Assembly (NCBI GenBank): GCA_029781795.1 | Contig: JAKOWB010000072.1 | Coordinates: 68,331 to 132,330 of the forward strand | Direction of reading: 5' to 3' | Origin: Pseudomonadota bacterium | GTDB lineage: Bacteria > Pseudomonadota > Alphaproteobacteria > Kiloniellales > JACOMY01 | DNA length: 64,000 bases | The notes under the pieces: model-generated | What the model was told of the DNA's origin: nothing | Database searches by the model: none | The model's input: only the letters and a program-made list of their open reading frames with translations | Program-made: the position numbers and the translations under genes | Shown here: positions 50,247-60,552 of the stretch, in pieces | Position numbering within the stretch: position 1 is the stretch's first letter | Layout: the number at the start of each line of letters is the position of its first letter

Positions 50247-51410
50247 ATGAGCGCCGACGACATCACCCTGAGCCATGCCGGAAGCGCCGAGTGGCCGCTG
50301 GGCAACGCCGCCGTGGGGGCCTGGACCGACCACTACTTCAAGCGCACGCGCCAGGTGGTCGAGCACTTCGGCGACGTCAGCGTGACCTACGCCGTCTTCA
50401 TGCGCCGCCCGGTGATCTCGGCGCCGCGCCTGGCGCTCGACTGGCTGAAGGCCGCGGTGGCGGCGCAGGGCGCCTCGGTGGAGATCGACCTGCGCTATCC
50501 CGAGGGCAAGTGGGTCGGCGCCGGCGAGCCGATCATGTACCTCACCGGCTCGTTCAAGTGCCTGGTGGAGCTGGAGACCCTGCTGCTGATGAAGCTGGGC
50601 CCGGCCTGCGTCGCCGCCTTCAATGCCTACACCATGTGCGCCGACCTGCCGAAGGTCGCCTTCCTGGCGATGGACGCGCGCCACTGCGCCGGCACCGAGA
50701 TGGCCGAGCTCATGGCCTACGCCGCCTCGGTCGGCGGCGACCGGGCGAAGCGCAAGGCGCACGCCGTCGGCTTCATCGGCAATGCCACCGACGCCACGGC
50801 GCATTTCTTCGGTCAGGCCGGCGGCCTCGGCACCATGCCGCACGCCCTCATCGGCTATGCCGGCTCCACCGTGCGCGCGGCCGAGATGTTCGACGCGGTC
50901 TGGCCCGACCAGCCCATGACGGTGCTGAACGACTACTTCGCGCGCGAGGTCAGCGATTCCCTGGCGGTCTGCCAGCGCTTCCCGGCGCGCGCCGCCAAGG
51001 GCCTGCTCTCCGTCCGACTCGACACGCCCGGCAGCCGCTATGTCGAGGGCCTGGACCCGACGCAGTCCTATGCCGTGCTGGAGCGGCACTGCCCCGAGGC
51101 GATCCGCGGCTATCGCACCGAGGAAGAGCTGCGCCACCTGGTCGGCGCCGGCGTCTCGGCCGCCGCCATCTGGCGCCTGCGCGAGGCGCTGGACGAGGCC
51201 GGCTTCCCCAAGGTGAAGATCGTCGCCTCCTCCGGCTTCGACCCGCGCAAGTGCCGGGTGATGGCCGAGGCCGACGCGCCGATCGACGTGGTCGGCACCG
51301 GCAGCTACCTGCCGGCGCGCTGGAGCGAGACCTATGCCACCGCCGACATCATCGAGTACGCCGGCGAGAAGCGCGTGAAGGTCGGCCGCGAGTTCCTGTT
51401 CCGCAAGTAG
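50247..51410 (+). CDS. Nicotinate-phosphoribosyltransferase-family protein (COG1488-like)
   Basis: Internal ATG at 50247. The central region resembles type II PRTases (GFIGNATDATAHFFG...). Confidence 0.65.
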   Translation: MSADDITLSHAGSAEWPLGNAAVGAWTDHYFKRTRQVVEHFGDVSVTYAVFMRRPVISAPRLALDWLKAAVAAQGASVEIDLRYPEGKWVGAGEPIMYLTGSFKCLVELETLLLMKLGPACVAAFNAYTMCADLPKVAFLAMDARHCAGTEMAELMAYAASVGGDRAKRKAHAVGFIGNATDATAHFFGQAGGLGTMPHALIGYAGSTVRAAEMFDAVWPDQPMTVLNDYFAREVSDSLAVCQRFPARAAKGLLSVRLDTPGSRYVEGLDPTQSYAVLERHCPEAIRGYRTEEELRHLVGAGVSAAAIWRLREALDEAGFPKVKIVASSGFDPRKCRVMAEADAPIDVVGTGSYLPARWSETYATADIIEYAGEKRVKVGREFLFRK

Positions 51411-51421
51411 CGGCGGCCTGC

Positions 51422-52564
51422 CTAGCGCAGCTTCGCCGCCAGCCAGTCGCCGATCGCGCCGGACCAGCCGCTGGCGAAGCAGCGGTCGAGCGCCGTCTGG
51501 TGCGGATCGCTGAAGCAGCCGCGCTTCAGGCGCTCGGCCTCCGGCACGGCGACGAAGGCGACGTCCCAGCGCCGCGCCAGCGGCTGCAGCGTCGCCGGCG
51601 TCTCATAGGCATCGCCGTCGAAGGCGAAGACCAGGCCATCCAGCTTCGGCGCCTGCACCAGCTCGTCGAACTCGTTCTGCCGCACGCGATGCCACAGCGC
51701 GTCCTGGTCCTGCCGCCGGCCGGCGAAGGCCGGGGCGATGGCGACCACGGCGTTGAACAGCGCCGGGTCCTCGGCCTCCAGCAGCAGCGCCGCCCAGGCG
51801 CCGGCGGAGTGCCCGGCCAGGAAGATCTGCCGCGCCGGTACGCCCATGGCGCGATAGGCCTCGACCCGCTCGCGCAGGTCCTCCTTGCGCAGCTCGACCT
51901 TGAGCCGCCGCGGCCGGCCCGTGCCGATGTCGAAGGCGCCGACCTTGGAGGGCGTGCAGAAGCCATCGACGCGCAGCGTCTTGCCCCAGAGCTTGCGGCC
52001 GTCCAGCGTGGCGATCGCGCTCGGCATACCGAAGGGTACGTCGAGCTGGTCAAGCCGGCAGGGGTCGGGCTCGAACTCGCCGACCGAGCCGTGGGTATAG
52101 ATCAGCACCACCGTGCCCTGGGGATCGGGCAGGGTCAGCGGCGGGTGCGGGCCGGTGAACTCGGCCCGGTCGCCCAGTGCCTCGGCCCAGTGGTCCAGCA
52201 CCGCGCAGGCACCGGTCCGTTGCGCGCAGGCGGCCAGTGCCATGCTGGCGGCCTCGTCGGGATTGTAGAAGGAATAGCCCACGCCACCGCCATTGGCGCC
52301 GCGTGCCCAGGCATAGAATCCGCGTTCGAAGTGGTCGAAGGAGACGGCGCAGCCATCCGCGTGGCTGGCATAGCGCCGACAGGCGATCAGGGCGCAGGCC
52401 TCAGCCTCGGCCTCCGTGGTGCGGTCGTAGCAGAAGCCATAGGACTGGTCGCCATCGGCCACCGCGACGGCGGTAAAGGCGGCGGCCGGGGACGGCGCCA
52501 GTAGCGGCGTCAGCCAGGCCAGCCCTGCGACCAGGCAGGCGGCGATGGGGCGAGACAGTGTCAA
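51422..52564 (-). CDS. Secreted fusion protein: DUF4189-like Cys-rich domain plus alpha/beta hydrolase (GHSAG nucleophile elbow)
   Basis: Signal peptide MTLSRPIAACLVAGLAWLTPLLAPSPAAA. A GHSAGAW motif lies in the C-terminal half. Confidence 0.6.
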   Translation of the reverse strand: MTLSRPIAACLVAGLAWLTPLLAPSPAAAFTAVAVADGDQSYGFCYDRTTEAEAEACALIACRRYASHADGCAVSFDHFERGFYAWARGANGGGVGYSFYNPDEAASMALAACAQRTGACAVLDHWAEALGDRAEFTGPHPPLTLPDPQGTVVLIYTHGSVGEFEPDPCRLDQLDVPFGMPSAIATLDGRKLWGKTLRVDGFCTPSKVGAFDIGTGRPRRLKVELRKEDLRERVEAYRAMGVPARQIFLAGHSAGAWAALLLEAEDPALFNAVVAIAPAFAGRRQDQDALWHRVRQNEFDELVQAPKLDGLVFAFDGDAYETPATLQPLARRWDVAFVAVPEAERLKRGCFSDPHQTALDRCFASGWSGAIGDWLAAKLR

Positions 52565-52601
52565 CGGCCAGGATGCCCCCGGTCCCTACGAGTGTCCGCC
52601 C

Positions 52602-54191
52602 ATGACGGTAGGTCGCGGACCCTTCGGGAGCAAGGGAGCCGGACTGCGCGTCCCTGCCGATCTGGAAGCAGGCCCCGCGTGGCTTGTCATCGCCGCCCGC
52701 CACGCCCTAGGGTCCACGACGCAATCGCATCGGGCCCACCTCTTGTTCGACGTCCGCCCCGTTCTCTACGTCTTCGCGCTCTGCCTGGTCGCCATCGGCG
52801 TCTTCGAGATGCTGCCGGGGCTGGTCGACTGGGCGCTGGGGCTGCCCGACGCGCCGGTCTACTTCGCCGCCGCGGCCATCACCGTCTTCGTCGGTGGCGC
52901 GCTCGCCTTCACCACGCACCAGCACAAGATGTCGCTCGGCCTCCGGCAGGCCTTCCTGCTGACGCCGCTCTGCTGGTTCGGCATCCCGGTCTTCGCCGGG
53001 CTGCCCTTCATGTTCACCGAGACCAACCTCTCCTTCGCCGACGCCTATTTCGAGACCGTCTCGGGCTTCACCACCACCGGCTCGACGGTGATCGTCGGGC
53101 TGGACACGCTGCCGCCCGGCATCCTGCTGTGGCGCGGCATCCTGCAGTGGCTGGGCGGCGTCGGCTTCATCGTCATGGCCATCGCCATCCTGCCCTTCCT
53201 CAAGGTCGGCGGCATGCAGATCCTGCGCACGGAATCCTCCGACCGCAGCGAGAAGATCCTGCCGCGCGCCTCGCAGATCGCCGGCGCCATTTCCATCACC
53301 TACCTGGTGCTGACGCTGCTCTGCGCCATCGCCTACCTGCTGACCGGCATGAACCTGCTGGAGGCGGTGATCCATGCCATGACCACGCTCTCCACCGGCG
53401 GCTACTCCACCTCGGACTCCTCGCTCGGTCACTTCGGACCCGGCGTGCACTGGGTGGCCGTGGTCTTCATGACGCTGGGCGGCATGCCCTTCCTGCTGCT
53501 GGTCCGGGCCTGGCAGAGCGGCTGGGGCGCCATCTGGCGCGACAGCCAGGCGCGGGTCTACCTGCTGTTCCTCACCGCGGTGATCCTGCCGCTGGCGCTC
53601 TGGCTCTGGATCGCCGGCGTCTACCACGACTTCGAGTCCTCGGTACGCCAGGTCGCGGTCAACGTCATCGCCGTGGTCACCACCACCGGCTACGCCTCGA
53701 CCGACTACCAGCTCTGGGGCGCGGCGGTGCTGCCGATCTTCCTCTTCCTCATGCTGGCGGGCGGCTGCACCGGCTCCACCGCCGGCGGCGTGAAGATCTT
53801 CCGCTGGGAGATCCTGGTCAGCCAGGCGCACCGCCAGCTGCGCCAGGCGATCAACCCGCACCGCGTGCTGGCCAGGCGCTACAACGGCCAGCCGCTGCCG
53901 GCCGATGTGCCGGCCTCGGTCGGCGTCTTCCTCTTCCTCTACCTCGGCCTGCTGTTCCTCTTCACCGTGGCGCTGGCGGCGACCGGCCTCGACTTCGTCA
54001 CCGCGCTGTCGGGCGCCGCCACCATGCTGGGCAACGTCGGCCCGGGCCTGGGGCCGGTGATCGGCCCGGCCGGCAACTTCGTCTCGCTGTCGGACGAGGC
54101 CAAGTGGATCTGCTCGCTGGCCATGGTGATGGGCCGGCTGGAGCTGCTGACCGTGCTGGTGCTCTTCGACTGGCGCTTCTGGGTGCGCTAG
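52602..54191 (+). CDS. trkH: TrkH-family potassium uptake protein
   Basis: Multiple TM helices and repeated selectivity-filter-like motifs (TTGS/GGYS). The start codon is uncertain. Confidence 0.75.
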   Translation: MTVGRGPFGSKGAGLRVPADLEAGPAWLVIAARHALGSTTQSHRAHLLFDVRPVLYVFALCLVAIGVFEMLPGLVDWALGLPDAPVYFAAAAITVFVGGALAFTTHQHKMSLGLRQAFLLTPLCWFGIPVFAGLPFMFTETNLSFADAYFETVSGFTTTGSTVIVGLDTLPPGILLWRGILQWLGGVGFIVMAIAILPFLKVGGMQILRTESSDRSEKILPRASQIAGAISITYLVLTLLCAIAYLLTGMNLLEAVIHAMTTLSTGGYSTSDSSLGHFGPGVHWVAVVFMTLGGMPFLLLVRAWQSGWGAIWRDSQARVYLLFLTAVILPLALWLWIAGVYHDFESSVRQVAVNVIAVVTTTGYASTDYQLWGAAVLPIFLFLMLAGGCTGSTAGGVKIFRWEILVSQAHRQLRQAINPHRVLARRYNGQPLPADVPASVGVFLFLYLGLLFLFTVALAATGLDFVTALSGAATMLGNVGPGLGPVIGPAGNFVSLSDEAKWICSLAMVMGRLELLTVLVLFDWRFWVR

Positions 54192-55162
54192 GGCGCCGTC
54201 ATCCTGACCGCCTGCCGCAGCGCGGCGCGCAGGCTGGCGTGCTCGGCCTTGCCCGTGCCGGCGATGTCGAAAGCCGTGCCGTGGTCCGGGCTGGTACGCA
54301 CGAAGGGCAGGCCGACGGTGACGTTCACGCCCTCCTCCAGGCCCAGGTACTTCACCGGAATCAGGCCCTGGTCGTGATACTGCGCGACGACGATGTCGAA
54401 GCGGCCCTGCCGCGCCTGCAGGAAGACCGTGTCGCCCGGCCAGGGGCCGCTGGCCTCGATGCCCTCGGCGCGCGCGGCCGCCACGGCTGGCGCGATCACG
54501 GCACCGTCCTCCGCGCCGAAAAGGCCGCCCTCGCCGGCGTGCGGGTTGAGGCCGGCGACCGCGACGCGCGGCCGGGCGATGCCGATCTGCCGGCAGGCGG
54601 CGTCGGCCTGGCGGATGGCGCGCAGCTCGTTCTCCAGCGTCACTGCCTTGATGGCATCGGCCAGCGAGACGTGGATCGAGACCAGCAGCACCCGCAGCTC
54701 GTCGTTCGCCAGCAGCATGGCGACCTCGGCCCCGCCGGCCAGGTGCGCCAGCATCTCGGTGTGGCCGGGGAAGGGCACGCCCGCCAGCTTCAGCGCCGCC
54801 TTGTTGATCGGCGCGGTCACCACGGCGCGCACTTCGCCTGACAGGGCCAGTGCCACCGCGCGCTCGATGTAGTCCGCCGCCGCCCGGCCGGCGCGCGCGT
54901 CCTCGCGCCCGAAGGGCAGGTCGGCGGGCAGGGCGCCCACCGGCAGCAGCGGCACGCTACCCGGCTTGTCTAGACAAGCCGCCGGGCTCACGACCGCTTG
55001 TATAGACAGGTCGGGCGCGACGATGCCCAGCGCGCGTTTCAGGATCGCTTCATCGCCCACCACCAGGGCCGGCGCCGGCAGGCCCTCGCGGAACAGCTTG
55101 CCGACGATCTCCGGCCCGATGCCGGCCGGATCGCCCATCGTGATGGCGATGGGGCGCGTCAT
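54188..55162 (-). CDS. pdxA: 4-hydroxythreonine-4-phosphate dehydrogenase
   Basis: N-terminus PIAITMGDPAGIGPEI and the GHTE metal motif. Confidence 0.9.
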   Translation of the reverse strand: MTRPIAITMGDPAGIGPEIVGKLFREGLPAPALVVGDEAILKRALGIVAPDLSIQAVVSPAACLDKPGSVPLLPVGALPADLPFGREDARAGRAAADYIERAVALALSGEVRAVVTAPINKAALKLAGVPFPGHTEMLAHLAGGAEVAMLLANDELRVLLVSIHVSLADAIKAVTLENELRAIRQADAACRQIGIARPRVAVAGLNPHAGEGGLFGAEDGAVIAPAVAAARAEGIEASGPWPGDTVFLQARQGRFDIVVAQYHDQGLIPVKYLGLEEGVNVTVGLPFVRTSPDHGTAFDIAGTGKAEHASLRAALRQAVRMTAP

Positions 55163-55164
55163 GC

Positions 55165-55881
55165 TCAGACCGCGCGGGTGATGCCGCCGTCGACGCGCAG
55201 GTTCTGCCCGGTGATGTAGCCGGCGCCGGGCGACAGCAGGAAGGCCACGGTGTCGGCGATCTCCGCCGCGCGGCCATAGCGCCGCATCGGAATCTGCGCC
55301 ACGCGCTCCTGCTTCACCGGCAGCGTGTCGATGAAACCGGGCAGCAGGTTGTTCATGCGGATGCCCTCGGCCGCGTAGCGGTCGGCATAGAGCTTGGCAT
55401 AGCCCGCCAGCGCGGCGCGCAGTGCGCAGGAAATGGGAAAGGCCGGGTCCGGCTCGAAGGCGGCGAAGGTCGAGATGTTCACGAAGGCGCCGGCCTTCTG
55501 CCGCTGCATGATCGGCGTCGCCAGCTTGGCCAGGCGCTGCACCGGCAGCAGGATCAGCTCCAGCCCCTGGTGCCAGTCGGCGTCGCTGAGCTCCAGCAGC
55601 GCGCCCTTGGGCGGATGGCCGGTGGAGATCACCACGCCGTCGAGCCGGCCCCAGCGCGCGACGACGCCCTCGACCAGGCGCCTCAGGTCCGCCTCCTCGG
55701 TGACCGAGCCGGTGACGCCCAGGCCGCCCAGCTCGCCCGCCAGCTTCTCCGCCCCGCCCGAGGGCGAGAGCAGCCCCAGCTTCCAGCCGTCGGCCGCCAG
55801 CCTGCGCGCCACCGCGGCGCCCATGCCCTTGCCGGCCGCGGTCACCACGGCCACGCGCGTCGTCTCGCCCATGTCAGCCAC
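55165..55881 (-). CDS. SDR-family oxidoreductase
   Basis: VVTAAGKGMG glycine motif and YAKL catalytic region. Sits 2 nt upstream of pdxA. Confidence 0.8.
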   Translation of the reverse strand: MADMGETTRVAVVTAAGKGMGAAVARRLAADGWKLGLLSPSGGAEKLAGELGGLGVTGSVTEEADLRRLVEGVVARWGRLDGVVISTGHPPKGALLELSDADWHQGLELILLPVQRLAKLATPIMQRQKAGAFVNISTFAAFEPDPAFPISCALRAALAGYAKLYADRYAAEGIRMNNLLPGFIDTLPVKQERVAQIPMRRYGRAAEIADTVAFLLSPGAGYITGQNLRVDGGITRAV

Positions 55882-56038
55882 CCAGTCCCCTTACGATGAT
55901 GCCGAAGAAGGCCACCAGCCCGTCGAAGACCCACTCGACGGCCGGCACCGGCCCGCCCTTCAGGATCATGATGGCGACGAAGGCCCCGAGCAACGCCATG
56001 CCCAGGATGAAGAGCCAGTAGCGCGCGCGTGTCGACAT
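55874..56038 (-). CDS. Possible 54-aa two-helix membrane protein (MSTRARYWLFILGMALLGAFVAIMILKGG...)
   Basis: ATG follows GGAGGG. Its stop overlaps the SDR start. Hydrophobic. Confidence 0.35.
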   Translation of the reverse strand: MSTRARYWLFILGMALLGAFVAIMILKGGPVPAVEWVFDGLVAFFGIIVRGLGG

Positions 56039-56095
56039 CTTCCCCGCCCTCCGATCGCAGCGGGACTACAGCCGCCCAGAGGCAGCCGAAGCGGC

Positions 56096-57352
<1,257 letters not shown>

Positions 57353-57630
57353 GATGGTCTTGCTGGGCGTTTCGTCGGTCACTCTGCTGCTCTCGTCCCC
57401 GTGATACGGCGAAGGCCGCTCAGGGGTTGCTGTCGGACGGAGGTCTGATGCCCGGGGCCGGAACGGCGGCCGGGCTGCGGCTTGGATCGCCGGTGCCCGA
57501 GATCCATAAGGGGATCGGGGCACCACCGTCGACCGCATCGGGAGGAGGGAGCCCGCGCGTGCTTGCGCACAGGCCTTATAGCAAGGTGGTTATCGCGAAG
57601 CCGCCCTGCAAGTCAAGCGGGGCAAAGGGG

Positions 57631-58074
57631 TCAGAAGGGCTTCACCACCACCAGGACGACGATGCCGATCAGCAGCAGGGTCGGCACCTCGTTCATCATG
57701 CGGTAGAAGCGCGCGGGGTGGCGGTTGGCGTCCCTGGCGAAGTCCTTGCGCCAGCGCGCCAGCAGGCCGTGCACGCCGCTCATGGCGATCAGCAGCACGC
57801 CCTTGACCTGGAACCAGCCCTCGCCCCAGGCGTCCAGCGCCGTCGCCAGCAACAGACCGAAGATCCAGGTCGCCGCCATGGCCGGGTTGATGATCGCACG
57901 CAGCAGACGGCGTTCCATCACCTTGAAGCGTTCGCTCTCGGGCGAGCGCGCCGGCACCTCGGTGTGATAGACGAAGAGGCGCGGCAGATAGAGCATCCCC
58001 GCCATCCAGGCGATCACCGCCAGGATATGCAGCGCCTTGATCCACGGATAGTACTCCAACAGGAACGCCTGCAT
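57631..58074 (-). CDS. hemJ: Protoporphyrinogen oxidase HemJ-family membrane protein
   Basis: N-terminus YPWIKALHILAVIAWMAGMLYLPRLFVYH is the signature of the HemJ/UPF0093 family. Confidence 0.75.
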   Translation of the reverse strand: MQAFLLEYYPWIKALHILAVIAWMAGMLYLPRLFVYHTEVPARSPESERFKVMERRLLRAIINPAMAATWIFGLLLATALDAWGEGWFQVKGVLLIAMSGVHGLLARWRKDFARDANRHPARFYRMMNEVPTLLLIGIVVLVVVKPF

Positions 58075-58091
58075 CAGGTCCCCCTCCCCAG

Positions 58092-59141
58092 TCAGATCCC
58101 GCCGGCGCAGGGGCAGCCGCCCCATCCCGCCGGACAGATCCGGCGGCCGCCGTCGGGTGCCAGGCCAGGCGCCCTCTCCAGGCCTTCCCGCACCAGCCGG
58201 GCGAGCCCGGCGATGAAATCCGCCCGCGCGTCGACCGTCGGCGCGCGGTGATAGCTGGCGACACCCGCGGCCTCGGCCACGTGCCGCAGCTCGATGTCGA
58301 GCTCGACCAGCGTCTCGGAATGCTCCGATACGAAGGCCACCGGCGCAATGACCAGGGCGACGCGGTCGGCGCCGGCGCGCCGCACCTCGGACTCGGTCGA
58401 GGGGCCGATCCACTCCAGCGGGCCGACCCGGCTCTGGTAGCAGACCACGACCTCCAGCCCCGGCTGTGCCAGGCGCGCGGTTAGGGCCGCCGCCGTGCGC
58501 TCGACCTGCCACTGGTAGGGATCCCCGGCGGCGACGATCTTCTTCGGCAGGCCATGCGCCGAGAGCAGCAGCCGCACCGGCCGGCCGCTTTCCCGGGCCG
58601 CCGCCAGGGGCGCGGCCAGTCCCTCGGCCAGCGCGGCGACGAAGCCCGGCTCGTCGGGATAGCAGCAGAGCCGGTGGCTCGGCAGCGCCGCCAGCCCGGC
58701 CTTCACCGCGGCCTGGTCCCACTCCGCCAGCGACGAGGCCGTCGTGGTGGTCGAGAACTGGGGATAGAGCGGCAGCAGCACCAGGCGCGTCGGCTTCCAG
58801 GCGGCCACCGCGGCGGCGGCGGCCTCGGCGCGCGGGTGCCAGTAGCGCATGGCGATGAAGCACTTCACGGGACCCTGACCCGTCAGCGCCGCTTCCAGTG
58901 CGCGGGCCTGCGCCTCGGTGTTGGCCAGGATCGGCGAGCCGCCGCCGATGCGCCCATAGATCTCGCGCGCAACGGGGGCGCGGCGGCCGGCGATCAGCCG
59001 GGCCAGGAACCAGCGCAGCGGCCCCGGCACGCGCAGAATCGCCGGGTCGGAGAAGAGGTTGCGCAGGAAAGGCTGCACTGCGGCCGGCCCATCCGGGCCG
59101 CCGAGGTTGAAGAGCACGATGGCGGTGCGGTGTTCCCTCAT
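58092..59141 (-). CDS. hemH: Ferrochelatase
   Basis: N-terminus TAIVLFNLGGPD and C-terminal motifs. Internal ATG at 59141. Confidence 0.9.
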   Translation of the reverse strand: MREHRTAIVLFNLGGPDGPAAVQPFLRNLFSDPAILRVPGPLRWFLARLIAGRRAPVAREIYGRIGGGSPILANTEAQARALEAALTGQGPVKCFIAMRYWHPRAEAAAAAVAAWKPTRLVLLPLYPQFSTTTTASSLAEWDQAAVKAGLAALPSHRLCCYPDEPGFVAALAEGLAAPLAAARESGRPVRLLLSAHGLPKKIVAAGDPYQWQVERTAAALTARLAQPGLEVVVCYQSRVGPLEWIGPSTESEVRRAGADRVALVIAPVAFVSEHSETLVELDIELRHVAEAAGVASYHRAPTVDARADFIAGLARLVREGLERAPGLAPDGGRRICPAGWGGCPCAGGI

Positions 59142-59148
59142 GGCTGCG

Positions 59149-60180
59149 CTAGCTGGCTGTCCGCAGCCGCTCGACAAGGCGTGCGACATTCTGCGGCGGG
59201 GTCTCGGGCAGGATGCCGTGACCGAGGTTCATGATCCAGGGCCCCTCGCCCAGGCTCGCAGTCAGGCGGTCCAGGCCGGCATCCAGGGCCGTGCCGCCCT
59301 CGACCAGCAGGCGCGGATCGAGGTTGCCCTGGGGCGTCAGGCGCGGCTGCAGCACCCGCGCGGCCCAGTCCGGATCGACATCGCTGCCGAGCGACAGCCC
59401 GGCGATCCGGCCGTCCTCGGCCAGCGCCTGCAGCACCGCGGGCGGCGCATTGCGCGGAAAGACGATCAGCGGCACACCCGGGCAGCGACCGACAAAGCCG
59501 GCGGCAATACGCAGCAGCGGCGCAAGCGACCAGATCTCGGCCTCGGCCTCGCTCAGCAGGCCGGCCCAGGAATCGAAGACCTGCACCGCCTCGGCGCCAG
59601 CCTCGACCTGAGCCACCAGATGCTCGATCACCGACTCGACCAGCAGATCGATGAGCTGGCCGAAGACCACACCGTCCTGCCGCATCTCGGCCAGGGCGCG
59701 CGGGAAATCGTGGCCGCGACCGTCCAGCATGTAGGCGGCGAGCGTCCAGGGCGCGCCGGCGAAGCCGATCAGCGCGGTTTCCCGTGGCAGCCTCGCCCGG
59801 GTCTCCGCCAGCGCGGCATAGACCGGTGCCAGGTGGCGCCGGAAAGCAGCCTGATCGAAGGCCGGGACCGTCTCGAGCGGTTCCAGCCGCGGCCCCTCGC
59901 CCTCGGCAAAGGTGAGCGGCTGGCCCAGGGCATGGGGCACCACCAGAATGTCCGAGAAGATGATGGCCGCGTCGAAGCCGAAGCGGCGGATCGGCTGCAG
60001 CGTCACCTCGGCGGCCCTGGCCGGGTCGTAGCAGAGCGCCAGGAAGGAACCTGCCTCGGCGCGCACCTGGCGATACTCCGGCAGATAGCGCCCGGCCTGG
60101 CGCATCAGCCAGACCGGCGGCGGCCAGACGCGCTCGTGTTCCAATGCCCGCAGCAGGGCTTTCGGCTCGTTCCCCGTCAT
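59149..60180 (-). CDS. hemE: Uroporphyrinogen decarboxylase
   Basis: N-terminus PVWLMRQAGRYLPEYR. Internal ATG at 60180. Confidence 0.9.
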   Translation of the reverse strand: MTGNEPKALLRALEHERVWPPPVWLMRQAGRYLPEYRQVRAEAGSFLALCYDPARAAEVTLQPIRRFGFDAAIIFSDILVVPHALGQPLTFAEGEGPRLEPLETVPAFDQAAFRRHLAPVYAALAETRARLPRETALIGFAGAPWTLAAYMLDGRGHDFPRALAEMRQDGVVFGQLIDLLVESVIEHLVAQVEAGAEAVQVFDSWAGLLSEAEAEIWSLAPLLRIAAGFVGRCPGVPLIVFPRNAPPAVLQALAEDGRIAGLSLGSDVDPDWAARVLQPRLTPQGNLDPRLLVEGGTALDAGLDRLTASLGEGPWIMNLGHGILPETPPQNVARLVERLRTAS

Positions 60181-60552
60181 GCGGGCACCCCTACACCAGA
60201 AAAAGGATTCAAGGGAGTTGGTAGTAGAGGTGGTTGGTCCTGTGAAGAGCGGGGAGTGTCGGGTCGCCCACAGGGCTGTCCACGTCGGCCGGCCGGGGAT
60301 GGCGCGCATCGGGATAAAGCCGACCGGACCGGCGGCCGGCCCAGGCGAGGCCTGGCGTGAAGCAGAGCGGGCGAACTGGGGATAAGCCGTCACTGTCCAC
60401 CTTGCCCTGACCCGGCGCGAATTTGTCCCCGTGGATTACCGTTCCGGGCGCCGCGCCACTGGGCCTGGCCCTTTTTCCCCAGAACGGCGATGCTCCGGCC
60501 AGACGTTCCACAGGCTTCCCCTGCCGCCCGCCGCAGCCTAAAGCTAGCGGCC
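60181..60552. promoter_or_regulatory. Candidate chromosomal replication origin (Cori-type, hemE/DUF299 intergenic)
   Basis: DnaA-box-like 9-mers include TTATCCCCA (rc at 60379-60387), TAATCCACG (rc about 60431-60439), TTATCCCGA (rc about 60312-60320) and two TGTCCAC motifs. An AT-richer stretch lies at 60191-60240. The hemE | duf299-maf-aroE-coaE-dnaQ synteny is conserved. Confidence 0.5.
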
